Positions 19,941 to 29,636 of a stretch of 64,000 nucleotides of DNA are shown here, in pieces; position 1 is the first letter of the stretch; every line of letters begins with the position of its first letter. The DNA comes from Candidatus Omnitrophota bacterium. Its GTDB lineage: Bacteria > Omnitrophota > Gorgyraeia > Gygaellales > Profunditerraquicolaceae. A model generated the notes under the pieces. The model was not told where the DNA came from, searched no databases, and saw only the letters and a list, made by a program, of their open reading frames with translations. The position numbers were made by a program, and so were the translations under genes. The stretch lies in the NCBI GenBank assembly GCA_035402765.1, contig DAONDX010000007.1, positions 14,281 through 78,280 on the forward strand. Direction: 5' to 3'.

Positions 19941-20933
19941 ATGGGAATAAAGTGGAGAGATTTTCAGTTTCCTAAAAAGCTTGAATGTGACGAATCGACC
20001 TATAATGAAACTTATGGTAAATTTACTGCCGCTCCTTTTGAAAGGGGATACGGAGTAACTTTAGGCAATTCTTTAAGGAGAGTTTTGCTTTCCTCGATCG
20101 AAGGCAGCGCGGTTACGGCGATAAAAATTGCCGGAGTTTCACATGAGTTTTCTACTATCCCCGGAGTTTTAGAGGATGTCCCGGAGATCATCTTGAATAT
20201 CAAAAGCCTGGTTTTGAATTCGCATTCCAAGATTCCTAAAACCATCTATTTGAAAGCGGACAAGAAGGGTGTAATTAAGGCCAAGGATATCGAAGCGGAT
20301 GAGACAATCGAGATCATTAATCCGGAATTGCATATCGCTACGCTTACCAAAGATACTAAATTGAATATTGAAATGGAAGTATCCCGCGGCCGGGGTTATG
20401 TCGCCGGAGAATTAAACAAAAGAGAAGATAAAGCTACCGGTTTTATTGCCATCGATTCAATATTTACCCCAATTAAGAAAATCAATTATTTCGTAGAGAA
20501 TACCCGGGTTGGCCAGCGTACAGATTATGATAAGTTAATTCTTGAAATCTGGACTAATGGCAGTATCAATCCTAAAGATGCCCTGCTTTACGCTTCTAAT
20601 ATTCTGCAAAGGCATTTGGATATCTTTGTAAGCTTCGGCCAACTACCCGAGGATATTGCGGAAGAAGAGCCGGAAATGACCAAGGAAGATGCCGCCCTTT
20701 ATGAAAAATTAAGGTTACCGATCTCAGAGCTTGAACTCTCTGTCAGAAGTTCTAATTGTTTAAGAGAAGCCGGGATTAAGACGATTGCCGACTTAGTCAA
20801 AAGAACCGAAGAGGAGATGCTTAACTTCAAGAATTTCGGCAAGAAGTCTCTTACTGAGATTCAAGAACTCCTGGTAGGAATGGGAGTTACTTTAGGGATG
20901 CAGGTAGATCCTAAGAAAATAAAGAAGGGTTAA
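19941..20933 (+). CDS. rpoA: DNA-directed RNA polymerase alpha subunit
   Basis: 330 aa with an N-terminal dimerisation domain and a C-terminal domain (LELSVRSSNCLREAGIKTIADL). Confidence 0.95.
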   Translation: MGIKWRDFQFPKKLECDESTYNETYGKFTAAPFERGYGVTLGNSLRRVLLSSIEGSAVTAIKIAGVSHEFSTIPGVLEDVPEIILNIKSLVLNSHSKIPKTIYLKADKKGVIKAKDIEADETIEIINPELHIATLTKDTKLNIEMEVSRGRGYVAGELNKREDKATGFIAIDSIFTPIKKINYFVENTRVGQRTDYDKLILEIWTNGSINPKDALLYASNILQRHLDIFVSFGQLPEDIAEEEPEMTKEDAALYEKLRLPISELELSVRSSNCLREAGIKTIADLVKRTEEEMLNFKNFGKKSLTEIQELLVGMGVTLGMQVDPKKIKKG

Positions 20934-20939
20934 AATAAA

Positions 20940-21509
20940 ATGAGACACGCAAAGAAAAGACTGCAATTGGGTCGTTTTACTAGCTGGCATGACGCTACGA
21001 TCAAAAGTTTAGCCAAGAATATGGTTACCCATCAGAGTATGAAAACTACTTTGACCAGGGCTAAAGCTAGTAAACAATTGATCGAAAAACTCGTAACCTT
21101 GGGTAAGAAAAATACGCTTTTTGCCCGCAGGCAGGCGCAAGAAATTTTAGGCGAGCATAAATTAGTCAACTTGCTTTTTAATGATATCGCGCCGCGTTTT
21201 GCCAAACGTAATAGCGGTTTTACCAGGATTATTGGTTTAGGCAAGCGCCGCGGAGATGACGCGCAAATGGTTATCTTTGAATTTTGCGAACTAAAGAAAA
21301 AAGAGCCCAAGAAGGTAAAGGCGGCTAAAGAGATAAAATCGCAAAACGCTCCGGAAGAGATTGAGACGGCCGAGCATAAGCCGGTAGGCGAGGCAAAGAA
21401 AGAACCTAAAATAGTGGTTAAAGAAAATCCGATTGATGAAAAAAAGCCGCAAAAAAAGTTTATGGGCGGTTTAAGGACTATATTTAAAAAGAAAAGTGAT
21501 TCTTTGTAA
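20940..21509 (+). CDS. rplQ: 50S ribosomal protein L17 with a ~60-aa Lys/Glu-rich C-terminal extension
   Basis: MRHAKKRLQLGRFTSWH core followed by a low-complexity K/E/P-rich tail, 189 aa versus ~120-130 typical. Confidence 0.9.
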   Translation: MRHAKKRLQLGRFTSWHDATIKSLAKNMVTHQSMKTTLTRAKASKQLIEKLVTLGKKNTLFARRQAQEILGEHKLVNLLFNDIAPRFAKRNSGFTRIIGLGKRRGDDAQMVIFEFCELKKKEPKKVKAAKEIKSQNAPEEIETAEHKPVGEAKKEPKIVVKENPIDEKKPQKKFMGGLRTIFKKKSDSL

Positions 21510-21599
21510 ATTCATCTTGCACCTTCTGTAATATTTAATTTTAAAACCGCAGGTTTTAGCGATTGGATAATAAGAAGGTGCAAGAAAAGAAAAACTTTT

Positions 21600-22775
21600 A
21601 TGAAAATAGATACCAGGCTTGCAGAGCGCCTAAAAAAAATAAATCCATCCTCGACATTAGCAATTACTTCTAAAGCCAAAAAGCTAAAAAGCTTAGGTAA
21701 AGACATTGTTAATTTTGCCGCCGGGGAGCCGGATTTTGATACCCCTGATTTTGTAAAAGATGCCGCTATCCAGGCCATAAAATCGGGATTTACCAAGTAC
21801 ACTCCTACCACCGGTACCGCAGACTTAAAAAAGCTCATCTGTCAGAAATTCAAAAAAGATAATTCACTGGAATACGCTCCCGATCAAATTATTGTTTCTT
21901 GCGGGGCAAAACATAGTATTTATAATGTCCTGATGGTGCTTCTGAACCGCTCTGATGAGGTGCTCATCCCTATGCCTTATTGGGTGAGTTATCCGGAGAT
22001 GGTCAATCTTTGCGAAGCTACCCCGCGTTTTATCAAGACTACTGCCGCCGCTCATTATAAGATTACCGCCAATGATCTGATCAAACATATTACTCCTAAA
22101 ACCAAAGTTTTAATTCTCAACAGCCCTTCTAATCCGGCGGGTTCAGTTTACAGCAAAGAAGAGTTGACCTGGATTGCCAAGATCTGTGTAGACAAGAATA
22201 TCTTTGTGATTAGCGATGAGATCTATGAAAAAATAAATTTTAGCGGTTTAAAACATGAATCTATCGCCAGTCTTAATAAGAATATCTATGATTTAACGAT
22301 TACGGTTAACGGTTTGTCCAAGAGTCATTCCATGACCGGCTGGCGGATCGGCTATCTCGGGGCTCCTAGTGATGTAGCCGCGGCTATTTCAAACCTGCAG
22401 GATCATTCAACTTCCAACCCGAATTCCATCGCCCAAAAGGCAGCGGAAGCCGCCTTAAATTCCCCGGATGATTTTTCGCATAAATTATGCCAGGAGTTTT
22501 TTAAGCGTAGGGATTATTTAGCGCAAAGACTTCAGGAGATCAAAAAGCTGGATTTCTGTCTGCCGCAAGGGGCATTCTATATGTTTTGCGATATTTCTAA
22601 AACCGGTTTGGATTCAATGACCTTTGCTAAGCGCCTGCTGGATGAAGAATATGTTGCGTTGATCCCGGGCAGCGCTTTTGGAATGGATGATCATATCAGG
22701 ATAAGCTTTGCCACTAGTATTGATGAATTGAAAAAAGGCATAGATAGAATAGCCAAATGGGTCGCTAAACTTTAA
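21600..22775 (+). CDS. PLP-dependent aminotransferase class I (aspartate/aromatic aminotransferase-like)
   Basis: 391 aa; NFAAGEPDF...LNSPSNPAG...SKSHSMTGWRIGY (PLP-lysine motif). Confidence 0.8.
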   Translation: MKIDTRLAERLKKINPSSTLAITSKAKKLKSLGKDIVNFAAGEPDFDTPDFVKDAAIQAIKSGFTKYTPTTGTADLKKLICQKFKKDNSLEYAPDQIIVSCGAKHSIYNVLMVLLNRSDEVLIPMPYWVSYPEMVNLCEATPRFIKTTAAAHYKITANDLIKHITPKTKVLILNSPSNPAGSVYSKEELTWIAKICVDKNIFVISDEIYEKINFSGLKHESIASLNKNIYDLTITVNGLSKSHSMTGWRIGYLGAPSDVAAAISNLQDHSTSNPNSIAQKAAEAALNSPDDFSHKLCQEFFKRRDYLAQRLQEIKKLDFCLPQGAFYMFCDISKTGLDSMTFAKRLLDEEYVALIPGSAFGMDDHIRISFATSIDELKKGIDRIAKWVAKL

Positions 22776-22805
22776 CCAGGATAATTAACAGGCAGGATAA
22801 AATAA

Positions 22806-24059
22806 ATGCCAAAGACAGTTGCGGAAAAAATATTAAGTAAACACGCCGGCCGGGATTTAGTTGCCGGCGATTTTGCGGTTTGTAAAATAGATTTTGCTTT
22901 TGGCCAGGATGGCACCTCCTCAATAATTATCGACCGGATTAAGGAACTGGGGATATCTAAGATTAAGACCGCGTTTTGTATGGTTATCGACCATAGCGCT
23001 CCCAGCCCCAGCGAAGGGGTATCCCGGGTGCATAAGAAGATGCGGGATTTCTCAAAAAATTTTAAAACAGAAATTTTTGATATTGGCTGCGGAGTTTGCC
23101 ACCAGGTTATTCCGGAGTCGGGCAAAGTTTTACCCGGAAATTTGGTTTTAGGGGCGGATTCCCATACTTGTACTTACGGGGCGGTGGGTGCATTTTCAAC
23201 CGGAGTAGGTTCTACGGATTTAGCGATCGCTTTGGCAACCGGAAAAAACTGGTTTAAGGTGCCGGCAACAATAAAAATTGTGGTGCGGGGTAAATTACCT
23301 AAAGGGGTTTTTGCCAAAGATATAATTTTATACATAATCGGTAAATTAAAAAGTGATGGGGCAACCTATAAGGTGCTTGAGTTTTCGGGCCCGGCGATTA
23401 ATGATTTGGGAATGGACGGCCGTTTTACCATGGCGAATATGTCGGTGGAGGTGGGCGCTAAAGCCGGGATTATGCCTGTAGATAAGAAAACGCTTGATTG
23501 GCTAAAACTGAGAATACCTAAAAATACAAAAATTGAAAATATCTCCGCCGATCCGGGCGCAGTTTATGAGAAAGTTTATGAATTTGATATCTCTGGGCTT
23601 AAGCCGATGATTTCTATGCCCCACAGCGTAGATAATGTTGCGGAAGCTTCATCTTTGAATAAAGTGAAGATCAATGAAGCTTTTTTGGGTACTTGCACTA
23701 ACGGCCGGATTGATGATTTTAAGGCGGCGGCCAAAGTTTTAAAAAACCGCAAAGTTAATTCTGAAGTTAAATTAATTATCGCCCCCAGTTCGCGCCAGGT
23801 TTATTTGGACGCTTTACGGCTGGGTTTGGTAGAAGTATTTATTAAAGCCGGTGCTGTGATTGTCGCTCCGGGCTGCGGAGCCTGCGTGGGTACGCATAAC
23901 GGTATTCCTAGCGATGGAGAATCTGTGATTTCTACTGCTAACCGTAATTTTAAGGGTAGGATGGGGAATCCCGCGGCATTTATTTATTTGGCTTCTCCGG
24001 CAACTGTGGCGGCTTCAGCAGTCAAAGGATATATTTGCGATCCCCGAGGTTACTTTTAA
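22806..24059 (+). CDS. leuC: aconitase-family hydro-lyase large subunit, archaeal short type (3-isopropylmalate dehydratase LeuC / homoaconitase-like)
   Basis: 417 aa. Cys ligand motifs (GTCTNGR, CGACVG), as in the aconitase family, and the short ~420-aa architecture. Confidence 0.8.
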   Translation: MPKTVAEKILSKHAGRDLVAGDFAVCKIDFAFGQDGTSSIIIDRIKELGISKIKTAFCMVIDHSAPSPSEGVSRVHKKMRDFSKNFKTEIFDIGCGVCHQVIPESGKVLPGNLVLGADSHTCTYGAVGAFSTGVGSTDLAIALATGKNWFKVPATIKIVVRGKLPKGVFAKDIILYIIGKLKSDGATYKVLEFSGPAINDLGMDGRFTMANMSVEVGAKAGIMPVDKKTLDWLKLRIPKNTKIENISADPGAVYEKVYEFDISGLKPMISMPHSVDNVAEASSLNKVKINEAFLGTCTNGRIDDFKAAAKVLKNRKVNSEVKLIIAPSSRQVYLDALRLGLVEVFIKAGAVIVAPGCGACVGTHNGIPSDGESVISTANRNFKGRMGNPAAFIYLASPATVAASAVKGYICDPRGYF

Positions 24060-24071
24060 TGGAGGTGGTTT

Positions 24072-25118
24072 ATGGAAATTCGTGATCTGCTTCTGATGTG
24101 CATTGAGAAAAATGCTTCAGATTTACATCTTACGGAAAATGAACCGCCGATTTTACGTCTTGATGGTAGATTAATGCGCACTAGCCTGGAGGTATTATAT
24201 AAACAGGAATTAAAGAAGATGCTTTATAGCGTTCTTTCTAATGCGCAAAAAGAGATTTTTGAGCGGGAATTGGAATTGGATTTTTCGCTGGCTCTGCCTG
24301 GCCTGGATCGTTTCCGGGTAAATTTCCACATACAGAAGGGTAGCGTGGAAGGGGCTTTTCGCCGGATTCCCATCGAAATACCTACGGTTGAAAAATTAGG
24401 CTTGCCGCAGATTATCACGGATTTAGCGCGTAAGCCCAATGGTTTGGTTTTAGTTACCGGACCTACTGGCATGGGTAAGACCACTACTCTTGCGGCGATG
24501 ATTGATTTGATCAACCGCGAACGGGAGTGCCTGGTGACTTGTATTGAAGACCCCATCGAGTTTATCTATACGAACAAAAAAAGTATCATTAAACAGCGTG
24601 AAGTTTACGCCGATACTCATTCTTTTGCCCAGGCTTTGCGTCACGCGTTACGCCAGGATCCCAATGTGATTGCGGTAGGAGAGATGCGTGATCTGGAAAC
24701 TATTTCTACGGCTCTTACTGCCGCCGAAACCGGACATTTGGTTTTAGCTACCCTGCATACTCCGGATGCCCCGCAAACTGTTTCCAGGATCATTGATGTT
24801 TTTCCACCGCATCAGCAGCAGCAAGTTAAAATGCAGCTGGCGGATTGTTTGCAAGGGGTTGTTTCGCAGCTTTTACTGCCGCATGCTTTAGGCCGCGGAC
24901 GGGTGTTGGCTACGGAGATTATGGTGGCTACCCCAAGTATTCGAAATCTTATTCGCGAACAGCAGATTGAACAGATCCCTACCGCTATGCAAACAGGCAT
25001 GCAGTACGGCATGAATACTATGGACAGCTGTCTTAAGTCTTTGATGCAAAGAGAATTAATTACTTTGGATGTGGCGATGTCTAAAATAAGGAATAAAGAA
25101 GAATTTAAACAACTATGA
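24072..25118 (+). CDS. pilT: type IV pilus retraction ATPase PilT
   Basis: 348 aa with Walker A GPTGMGKTT and IEDPIEF plus the SIRNLIRE motif. Inserted between leuC and leuD. Confidence 0.85.
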   Translation: MEIRDLLLMCIEKNASDLHLTENEPPILRLDGRLMRTSLEVLYKQELKKMLYSVLSNAQKEIFERELELDFSLALPGLDRFRVNFHIQKGSVEGAFRRIPIEIPTVEKLGLPQIITDLARKPNGLVLVTGPTGMGKTTTLAAMIDLINRERECLVTCIEDPIEFIYTNKKSIIKQREVYADTHSFAQALRHALRQDPNVIAVGEMRDLETISTALTAAETGHLVLATLHTPDAPQTVSRIIDVFPPHQQQQVKMQLADCLQGVVSQLLLPHALGRGRVLATEIMVATPSIRNLIREQQIEQIPTAMQTGMQYGMNTMDSCLKSLMQRELITLDVAMSKIRNKEEFKQL

Positions 25119-25615
25119 GTATCACGGGAAAAAGCTTAAAACTTGGAGATAACATCAATACGGATTTTATTATTTCCGGAAGGTATAAGTTTGCCATCAC
25201 CGACATGAAAGAACTGGCTAAGCATATTATGGAGGATATCGATCCTAATTTTGCGCAAAAGATTATCCCCGGAGAGTCAATTATGGTTGCCGGTAATAAT
25301 TTTGGCATGGGCTCCAGCCGGGAACAGGCTCCTTTAGTAATTAAAGAAGCCGGGATTACCGCGGTTTTATCTCCGCAATTTGCGCGTATATTCTTCCGTA
25401 ACAGTTTTAATATCGGTTTGCTTCTGATCGAAACCGATACCAGCAAAATTGATGAAGGCGACCAGCTGCAGATCGATTTAGATAATGGTTTGGTTAAAAA
25501 CTTAACTAAAGGTATAAATTTAGAGATTAAGCCTCTGCCTAAATTCATGCAAGGCCTTTTAGCTGAAGGCGGAATTATTAATTATTATAAAAAATACGGA
25601 GAATTAAAAGTCTAA
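25115..25615 (+). CDS. leuD: aconitase-family small subunit (LeuD, archaeal short type)
   Basis: 166 aa with swivel-domain motifs (GDNINTDFIISGRY, GSSREQAP). ATGA overlap with pilT. Confidence 0.8.
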   Translation: MSITGKSLKLGDNINTDFIISGRYKFAITDMKELAKHIMEDIDPNFAQKIIPGESIMVAGNNFGMGSSREQAPLVIKEAGITAVLSPQFARIFFRNSFNIGLLLIETDTSKIDEGDQLQIDLDNGLVKNLTKGINLEIKPLPKFMQGLLAEGGIINYYKKYGELKV

Positions 25616-26707
25616 ATGTCGCATAAGATAACTTTGATTCCTGGGGATGGTATCGGTGCTGAGGTTTCGCAGGCAGCCGTCAGGTGTATTGAGGCCTGCG
25701 GAGTTGATATCCAATGGGAAAGTGTTTTGGCCGGTCAGGATGCCCTTGATCAAACCGGTCAGCTTCTGCCCCAAAATGTATTAGATTCCATCAAGAAAAA
25801 TAAAGTCGCTCTTAAGGGCCCGATTACTACGCCTATCGGCAAGGGATTTCGTTCGGTAAATGTGGCAATCAGGCAGGCCCTTGAGCTTTTCGCTTGTGTG
25901 CGCCCGGCTAAAACTTATCCGGGGGTTAAGAGCCGTTTTAAGGATATTGATTTAGTAATTATCAGGGAGAACAGCGAAGATCTTTATTCCGGGATTGAAT
26001 TTCAGGAAGGCAAGCCCGAAACTCAGAAACTGATCGCCCAGATCGAACAAGATACCGGTAAAAATATCCGCCCTGATTCGGGGATCAGCATTAAGCCGAT
26101 ATCTAAATTCGCTTCAGAGAGAATTGTCCGTTTTGCTTTCCAGTATGCCCTGGAGAATAAACGTAAAAAAGTAACTTGCGTGCATAAGGCTAACATTATG
26201 AAATTTACCGACGGTTTATTTTTACAGGTTGCCCGTCAGGTAGCAGCCGAGTTTGCCGGAAAAATAATTTTTGAAGAAGCAATCGTGGATAATATGTCGA
26301 TGCAGCTGGTTCAAAAGCCGCATAATTACGATGTTTTGGTGCTGCCGAATCTGTATGGCGATATTCTTTCTGATCTTTGCGCCGGGTTGATCGGGGGGTT
26401 AGGGATCGCTCCCGGAGCTAATATCGGTACAGAACTGGCGGTTTTTGAGGCAGTGCATGGTTCTGCTCCGAAGTATAAAGGGAAAAATAAAGCTAATCCC
26501 ACGGCGATGATTCTATCCGGGGTTCTAATGCTGCGCCATATTAAAGAGAACCGGCCGGCGGATATTTTAGAGAAAGCTGTAAGCCAGGTAATCGCCGAAG
26601 GCAAATCCGTAACTTATGATTTAAAGCCGGATCCGTTGGATCCCTCTGCGGCGGGAACATCCCAAATGGCGGATGCGGTGATTGAAAAAATAAAAAAGAT
26701 GAAGTAA
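25616..26707 (+). CDS. isocitrate/isopropylmalate dehydrogenase family protein (NAD-IDH-like)
   Basis: 363 aa; SVNVAIRQALELFACVRPAK and GSAPKYKGKNKANPTAMILSGVLMLRHI resemble decarboxylating beta-hydroxyacid dehydrogenases. Confidence 0.8.
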   Translation: MSHKITLIPGDGIGAEVSQAAVRCIEACGVDIQWESVLAGQDALDQTGQLLPQNVLDSIKKNKVALKGPITTPIGKGFRSVNVAIRQALELFACVRPAKTYPGVKSRFKDIDLVIIRENSEDLYSGIEFQEGKPETQKLIAQIEQDTGKNIRPDSGISIKPISKFASERIVRFAFQYALENKRKKVTCVHKANIMKFTDGLFLQVARQVAAEFAGKIIFEEAIVDNMSMQLVQKPHNYDVLVLPNLYGDILSDLCAGLIGGLGIAPGANIGTELAVFEAVHGSAPKYKGKNKANPTAMILSGVLMLRHIKENRPADILEKAVSQVIAEGKSVTYDLKPDPLDPSAAGTSQMADAVIEKIKKMK

Positions 26708-26726
26708 GCCATAAGCTGTAAGTTAT

Positions 26727-26770
26727 AAGTTTTAAGTTTAATACTTAAAACTTAAGTCTATTGTTTTGCT
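26727..26770 (+). terminator. AT-rich hairpin plus T-rich tract after the IDH-like gene (candidate intrinsic terminator)
   Basis: Perfect 11-bp inverted repeat AAGTTTTAAGT-ttaat-ACTTAAAACTT followed by ...ttgttttgctttg. Confidence 0.45.
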
Positions 26771-26795
26771 TTGTGTGCTAATTTAAGGGAATAAT

Positions 26796-27716
26796 ATGAA
26801 AATAAGCATTATCGGTGCCGGAAACGTAGGAAGCCTGGCGGCTATGCGTATTGCCGCAGAGGGCCTGGGCGATGTTCTGCTAATTGATATAGTAAAGGGG
26901 CTGGCTTACGGTAAGGCCCTGGATTTGGAGGATGCCCGGGCGCTATTAAAAAATAATTATAGCATTAATGGCACTGATGATATTAGCCGCCTGGCGGGTT
27001 CGGATATTGTCGTGGTTACCGCCGGCCTGGCGCGTAAACCCGGAATGACCCGCGAAGAATTATTGGCTAAAAATGCCCAGATTTTAAAAGAGATATGTTT
27101 AAAGATCAAAGAATTAGCCAAGGGGGCGATCGTTATAATTGTAACTAATCCGTTGGATATCATGACTTATTATGCTTTAAAGATTACCGGTTTTAAGCCG
27201 GGTAAACTTTTTGGCATGGGGATTAGTCTGGATACTGCCAGGTTTACTAATTTGATCGCGCAGGAATTAAATTTGCCGGTTACGGATATTGAAGCGCAAG
27301 TTATGGGCGCTCATGGCGAAGGCATGCTTCCTTTACCTAGATTTGCTAAAGTTAAAGGAGTGAGTCTAGATGAATTTATCAGCGATGATAAAATTAAATC
27401 GTTGATCGCCGGTACGATTAACCGAGGCGCTCAAATTGTGGCTAACCTTGGCACAGGCAGCGCTTTTTTTGCGCCTTCGGCGGCCATTGCTGCCATTGTT
27501 AAAACCATTGTTAAAGATGAAAAGCGTACGCTGGGTTTATGCAGTTATCTCAGCGGCCAGTATGGCATTAAAGATACCTGTATCGGTGTTCCTTGCCGTT
27601 TAGGTAAAGGCGGTATCGAGCAAATTGTGGAATTAGACCTTTCCCAAGAAGAGCTAGCTCAGTTGTCGAAATCCGCCGCAGCTGTGACTCAAGCGGCCGC
27701 AAAATTATTTGTTTAA
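26796..27716 (+). CDS. mdh: malate dehydrogenase (LDH-like family)
   Basis: MKISIIGAGNVGS Rossmann N-terminus, 306 aa, ITNPLD. Confidence 0.85.
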   Translation: MKISIIGAGNVGSLAAMRIAAEGLGDVLLIDIVKGLAYGKALDLEDARALLKNNYSINGTDDISRLAGSDIVVVTAGLARKPGMTREELLAKNAQILKEICLKIKELAKGAIVIIVTNPLDIMTYYALKITGFKPGKLFGMGISLDTARFTNLIAQELNLPVTDIEAQVMGAHGEGMLPLPRFAKVKGVSLDEFISDDKIKSLIAGTINRGAQIVANLGTGSAFFAPSAAIAAIVKTIVKDEKRTLGLCSYLSGQYGIKDTCIGVPCRLGKGGIEQIVELDLSQEELAQLSKSAAAVTQAAAKLFV

Positions 27717-29019
27717 TTCATCCCATCATCCTATGTATGATTTGGTGGTCATCGGAGCAGGTTGGGCAGGTTTTAACGCTTGCCTACGGGCAAAAGCGCT
27801 GGGTTTAGCTGTTTGTCTTATTGATGCTAATCAGATCGGCGGCACCTGCCTGAATTACGGTTGTATCCCTACCAAAACATTAATTGCTTGCGCCAAAGTA
27901 TTTTCACTTGCTAAAAAATCCTCTAATTTCGGTATTCAACTAGATCACCTCTCGATAAATTGGGCAGCCATTCAAGAAAAAAAAGAGAAGGTAGTGCGTT
28001 TGCTTGCGCAAGGTATGCGCAGCAGGATTTCCGGGATCGATTTTATTAATTCTCCGGCTCAAATTATCTCTGCGCGGGAAATCAAGGTTGATGGCCGGTT
28101 GGTTAAAACTAAGTCTATACTTGTTGCTACCGGCAGCCGTCCTGTCCAGCTGCCCGGGCTGATCTTTGATCAAAACAAGGTAATTTCAAGCAACGAAGCT
28201 TTGTCGCTTTCTGAAATTCCGCAATCCTTATTAGTTATCGGCGGCGGCGTGATCGGTTGTGAATTTGCCAGTTTGTTTTCCAGCTTAGGGTCTTTAGTTA
28301 CGATTGCCGAAAAAATGCCGCTGCTTCTGGCGGCTGAAGACAGGGATATCTCCAGAAAAATCGAAGTTATTTTTAAGAAAAAAGGGATAAAGGTAGTTAC
28401 CGGCGCGGATATTTCCTCATTGAACTTGAAGGATTATTCTAAGGTCTTAGTTTGCGTTGGGCGTACCCCGAATATTGAAGGGTTGGGCCTGGAAGCTTTA
28501 GGAGTCGAGTTGAAAAATAATAAAATATTAGTGGATGAATATCTTAAAACCAATATCGATAATATTTACGCGGCGGGAGATTGTACGGGCGGATCGATGC
28601 TGGCTCATTATGCCGCTTATCAGGGGGTAACGGCAGTCGAAAATATAATTTCGCCTAACCGGCAAAAAGCTGACAATCGCCTTATCCCGGCTTGTATCTT
28701 TACTGATCCGCAGATTGCCAGTGTGGGCGTAAAAGAAAATGATTATCTTGCCGATGGTTTACGGATCAAGATAAATAAATTCGATTTTCGGGCCAGCGCG
28801 ATGGCAAATATTATTGAGGAAACTGACGGATTCGTTAAGATCATCACGGATGGCGATGCCGGCCGGATTATCGGCGCTTCAATAATCGGCCCGCAGGCTA
28901 CGGAATTAATTTCCGTTTTGGTTATGGGGATTTCCTGCCAGCTCACCGCCAATCAAGTCAAAGCCATGATCTTTGCGCATCCTACTTTTTCTGAGTCAAT
29001 ACGCGAGTCTTTAAATTAA
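27709..29019 (+). CDS. lpd: dihydrolipoyl dehydrogenase-like pyridine nucleotide-disulfide oxidoreductase
   Basis: YDLVVIGAGWAG FAD motif, GGTCLNYGCIPTK redox disulfide, C-terminal FAHPTFSE. The start may be the ATG at 27733. Confidence 0.8.
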   Translation: MFNSSHHPMYDLVVIGAGWAGFNACLRAKALGLAVCLIDANQIGGTCLNYGCIPTKTLIACAKVFSLAKKSSNFGIQLDHLSINWAAIQEKKEKVVRLLAQGMRSRISGIDFINSPAQIISAREIKVDGRLVKTKSILVATGSRPVQLPGLIFDQNKVISSNEALSLSEIPQSLLVIGGGVIGCEFASLFSSLGSLVTIAEKMPLLLAAEDRDISRKIEVIFKKKGIKVVTGADISSLNLKDYSKVLVCVGRTPNIEGLGLEALGVELKNNKILVDEYLKTNIDNIYAAGDCTGGSMLAHYAAYQGVTAVENIISPNRQKADNRLIPACIFTDPQIASVGVKENDYLADGLRIKINKFDFRASAMANIIEETDGFVKIITDGDAGRIIGASIIGPQATELISVLVMGISCQLTANQVKAMIFAHPTFSESIRESLN

Positions 29020-29078
29020 ACTTGTCAGGAATATAATTTTTTCCAGGCGGCCTCTGGCCGGTAAAAAATGAGGAGGGT

Positions 29079-29318
29079 TTGATGATCAAAGTCGTTTTGC
29101 CGGAATTAGGGGAAGGTATTACTAAAGCCACCGTTTCATATTGGTATTTTAAAGACGGTGACATGGTAAATGAGAAAGATGATCTGGTAGAGTTAACCAC
29201 TGATAAATCTACTTTTAATTTACCCAGTCCCTGCAAAGGCATAATTTCCGAGATTATGTATCGCGAAGGGGACAGCGTGGATGTCGGGCAGATTTTAGCT
29301 GTAATTAACGAAAGCTAG
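29079..29318 (+). CDS. stand-alone lipoyl/biotinyl attachment domain protein
   Basis: 79 aa; VELTTDKSTFNLPSP resembles the lipoyl-lysine ETDKA motif. Confidence 0.65.
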   Translation: MMIKVVLPELGEGITKATVSYWYFKDGDMVNEKDDLVELTTDKSTFNLPSPCKGIISEIMYREGDSVDVGQILAVINES

Positions 29319-29327
29319 CCATTTTTA

Positions 29328-29356
29328 TTGACAACCTTTGACTTCTCTAGTATATA
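29328..29356 (+). promoter_or_regulatory. strong sigma70-like promoter upstream of the HTH/HD-GYP pair
   Basis: TTGACA-17 nt-TATATA at consensus spacing, ~60 nt before the ATG at 29416. Confidence 0.55.
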
Positions 29357-29415
29357 TAAGATTAGTCTAAATATGTTAAGCATTGAGCCAAGCAAGGGCT
29401 TGTTGAAAGAAAATT

Positions 29416-29631
29416 ATGGTGACCAGCAAAGAGATCATGACGGCTAAAGAAGTTGCGCAGTACTTAAGCATTCATCCGCTTACGGTGCATAAATACGCCC
29501 GGGCGGGGAAAATCCCGGCATTTAAGATTGGCACGGATTGGCGTTTTCATAAAAAATATCTTGAAAAATGGATCCATCAGAAACTAACATCCAATCTGGG
29601 ACGGAACAACCGGCTTATGGGGAAGTTGTAA
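29416..29631 (+). CDS. excisionase/MerR-family helix-turn-helix DNA-binding protein
   Basis: 71 aa; MTAKEVAQYLSIHPLTVHKYARAGKIPAFKIGTDWRF is the Xis-family HTH signature. A strong sigma70-like promoter lies upstream. Confidence 0.7.
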   Translation: MVTSKEIMTAKEVAQYLSIHPLTVHKYARAGKIPAFKIGTDWRFHKKYLEKWIHQKLTSNLGRNNRLMGKL

Positions 29632-29636
29632 AATAA

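Noticed and set aside
21510-21599. Long inverted repeat (CTTGCACCTTC ... GAAGGTGCAAG) after rplQ as a terminator
   Set aside because: The 11-bp arms enclose a 45-nt loop and are not followed by a T-tract. It could be an RNA structure or protein binding site, but the evidence is insufficient to call a terminator. Left uncalled.
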